A stretch of DNA of 64,000 nt from Trichodelitschia bisporula (lineage: Eukaryota): the NCBI GenBank assembly GCA_010356995.1, contig ML996699.1, positions 651,697 through 715,696 of the forward strand. Direction: 5' to 3'. Both the position numbers and the translations under genes were made by a program. Shown here one piece after another: positions 61,743 to 64,000 of the stretch. Below the pieces are notes generated by a model. That model had not been told where the DNA came from, ran no database searches, and saw nothing but the letters and a program-made list of their open reading frames with translations. The stretch's first letter is position 1, and each line of letters begins with the position of its first letter.

Positions 61743-63709
61743 ATGAACCCTCCCACCGGCCCCCCTCAAGCCTCGCCAGACTCCCCACCCGAACTGGCCG
61801 AGCATCTAACATCCACAACCGACCCCGCCCTCCAATCCCTCCTCCGCACCGCCCCATCCCGCCCCTACACCCCCTCCCCAACAGCCTGGGAAGACCTAGT
61901 CCTCTACTTCCTCCTCCCCGACCGCTTCTCCAACGCCCTCGAACAGCACCGCGACATCCCGACCACCCAACAGCGCACACCACCCTACACCCCCAGCGCA
62001 GCAGGCTCCGTCCTGCGCCCCCCCAACTCCGCCCAAAAATGGCGCGACGCCGGTGCCCGCTTCGTAGGCGGCACCCTCGCCGGCGTCCGCTCGAAACTCG
62101 GCTACCTATCCCGACTCGGCGTCGGCGGCGTGTGGCTCGGCCCCGTGTTAAAGCAGGTCCGCGGGCTGGAAACGTACCATGGGTACGGGGTGCAGGATTT
62201 TCTGGCCGTGGAGAGCCGGCTGGGGACAAGGGAGGAGTTAAGAGAGGTGGTGAGGGAGGCTCATCGCGTGGGGATTTGTGTGGTGCTGGATGTTATATTG
62301 AATCATGCGGGGGATGTGTTTGCGTATGAGAAGGAACGGCCGGTGTATGATGGGAGGGAGTATAAGGTGAAGGGGTGGTATGATGCGCGGCGCAAGGCTG
62401 AGATTGCGTTCGGTCGTGGGGAGGTCGGGAAGGTAAAGGGGGTGTACCCGGATGGTGCGGTCTGGCCGGTGGAGTTGCAGGATCCGAGTTGCTGGACGCG
62501 AAAGGGGCGGATTCGCGACTGGGATAAGGCGCCAGAGTATCTTGAGGGGGATTTCTTCGGGTTGAAGGCCTTGAGCCTGGGGGCGCACGCGGTGGATAAA
62601 TTTGTTCCTACGCCCACGCTCAAGGCCTTGGTCGAGGTGTACAAGTTTTGGATCGCATACGCTGACCTCGATGGCTTAAGGATCGATACTGTCAAGCATA
62701 TGGGCCATGGGCCGACGCGCTATTTCACCTCTTGTATAAAGGAGTTTGCGCAGGCGCTGGGAAAGGACAACTTTCTCATGGTAGGTGAGATTGCCGGTGC
62801 AGGCGCGTTCGAGACCGTCGAAGTGACAGGTCTGGATGCAGCGCTGGGGATTGGGCACATGCAAGAAGCGCTGTGGAAAGTACCCAAGGGGCTTGAGGAC
62901 CCGTCAGTAAGTGCGCTTCAGCCTCCCCCACCCGTCTGACAGCGTAGAAATACTTCTCCCTGTTCCGCAACGCCCCCTACAAGGAAAAGGGAAGCGGCCC
63001 TTGGTTCCGCAACAAAATCGTCACCATGATCGACGACCACGACCAAATCTGGCGTCTTACATCCAAGGGCCGCTTCTGCTCCGATCCTGTCGGCCAGAAA
63101 CTCATCTGTGCCGCGCTGGCGCTAAACCTGTGCACGTTGGGCATCCCATGCATATACTACGGCACCGAGCAGGGCTTCGACGGGGCCGGTGGATCTGGCA
63201 GCCAGGGACATCACTCGGACCAGTATATCCGCGAGGCGATGTTCGGCGGAGAGTTCGGAGCGTTTCGCACGAGGGATGTGCACTTCTTCCTTGAAGATAG
63301 TGAGATCTACCGCTTTATAGCCAATATCGTCAAGCTGCGCAGCGAGCACATTGCATTGAGGCGCGGGAGGCAGTTTCTGCGCGAGGTATCGTCGACAGGT
63401 ATTCGGTGGGGCTACCCAAAGATCAAAGGACAGCGGAGACGAGGCATTGTTGCTTGGTCCCGGGTGTTCAATGAGGTGGAGCTGCTGTGCGCGATTAGCA
63501 CTGACCCGGATAAGGCAACGGTGGCTTGGGTGGAGGTTGATCCTAGAATGAGTGCGGAAGGAAGTACCTTGGGTTGCTTGTATCCGGGAGGTGACGATGT
63601 CACTGTTCAGCGTAGGGGAGGCAGAGCGATGGTGAAGTTGATTGTTGAGGCGGGCAAATTCGTGGTGTATGGGCAGTCGAGCCATGTCGCAGTTTCATCC
63701 AAAATCTAG
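61743..63709 (+). CDS. GH13 alpha-amylase-family glycoside hydrolase without a signal peptide
   Basis: LYFLLPDRF, YHGY, DVILNH (region I), GLRIDTVKH (II), GEIAG (III), MIDDHD (IV), GIPCIYYGTEQ. Single intron 62907-62947. Confidence 0.93.
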
Positions 63710-64000
63710 ACACAACTTGATAGATGACGAATGCGCAGTTCTCCGCGTGCTTGATGGGGCTTCGGCTTTAACAAAGCGTGACGGCATACTTCAAGTGGAT
63801 ATCGGTTAGCCGGGGATGATCGATCAGAATTTACGATGGCCAGAGATGAGTCGGAGACATAAAATGATCCAGACCCTAATGTGAGGATGCGTGGGCGCAC
63901 ATTCCTGTCTCAACGCTCTCCAATGAAGCTCCGAACCTCATCACCACAACCAGCACCAACGTCAAGATAGACTCTTTTATGGCGCTTCCCAAGCGGCAGC

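Overview
Gene-dense eukaryotic DNA from a filamentous ascomycete (Pezizomycotina). This rests on short GT..CTRAC..YAG introns, fungal gene families and a dispersed 5S rRNA gene. About 22 protein genes can be built by hand-splicing. Most are housekeeping: a CCCH/NYN-like protein, MIC10, URB2, a zinc alcohol dehydrogenase, the RNR small subunit, GPI12, a Shg1/BOD1-domain RS protein, a complex I 14 kDa subunit, a CofD/UPF0052 protein, APC13, a WDR44-like WD40 protein, Spg1/Tem1, a DNF3 flippase, samB, a CorA transporter, a PAP2-like protein, an SDR and a GH13 enzyme. The best candidate for an undescribed system is a head-to-head pair at 8.5-14.2 kb. One gene is a secreted GH55 beta-1,3-glucanase spliced in frame onto a ~425 aa tail ending in a hydrophobic hairpin, like the tails of killer-toxin-type chitinases. 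The other is an intronless secreted protein of unknown function with a Kex2 site. Together they look like a zymocin-style delivery-plus-cargo module. Other notable items: a long, highly foldable MIC10 intron, an in-frame TAG that seems to cut off a conserved WD40 C-terminus, a 47/48 bp minisatellite upstream of the ADH gene, a decayed ~226 bp array of gene fragments, a divergent 5S gene with intact pairing, and strong C-to-G skew flips inside genes. All family calls come from motif recognition, not database searches. There are two assembly gaps.
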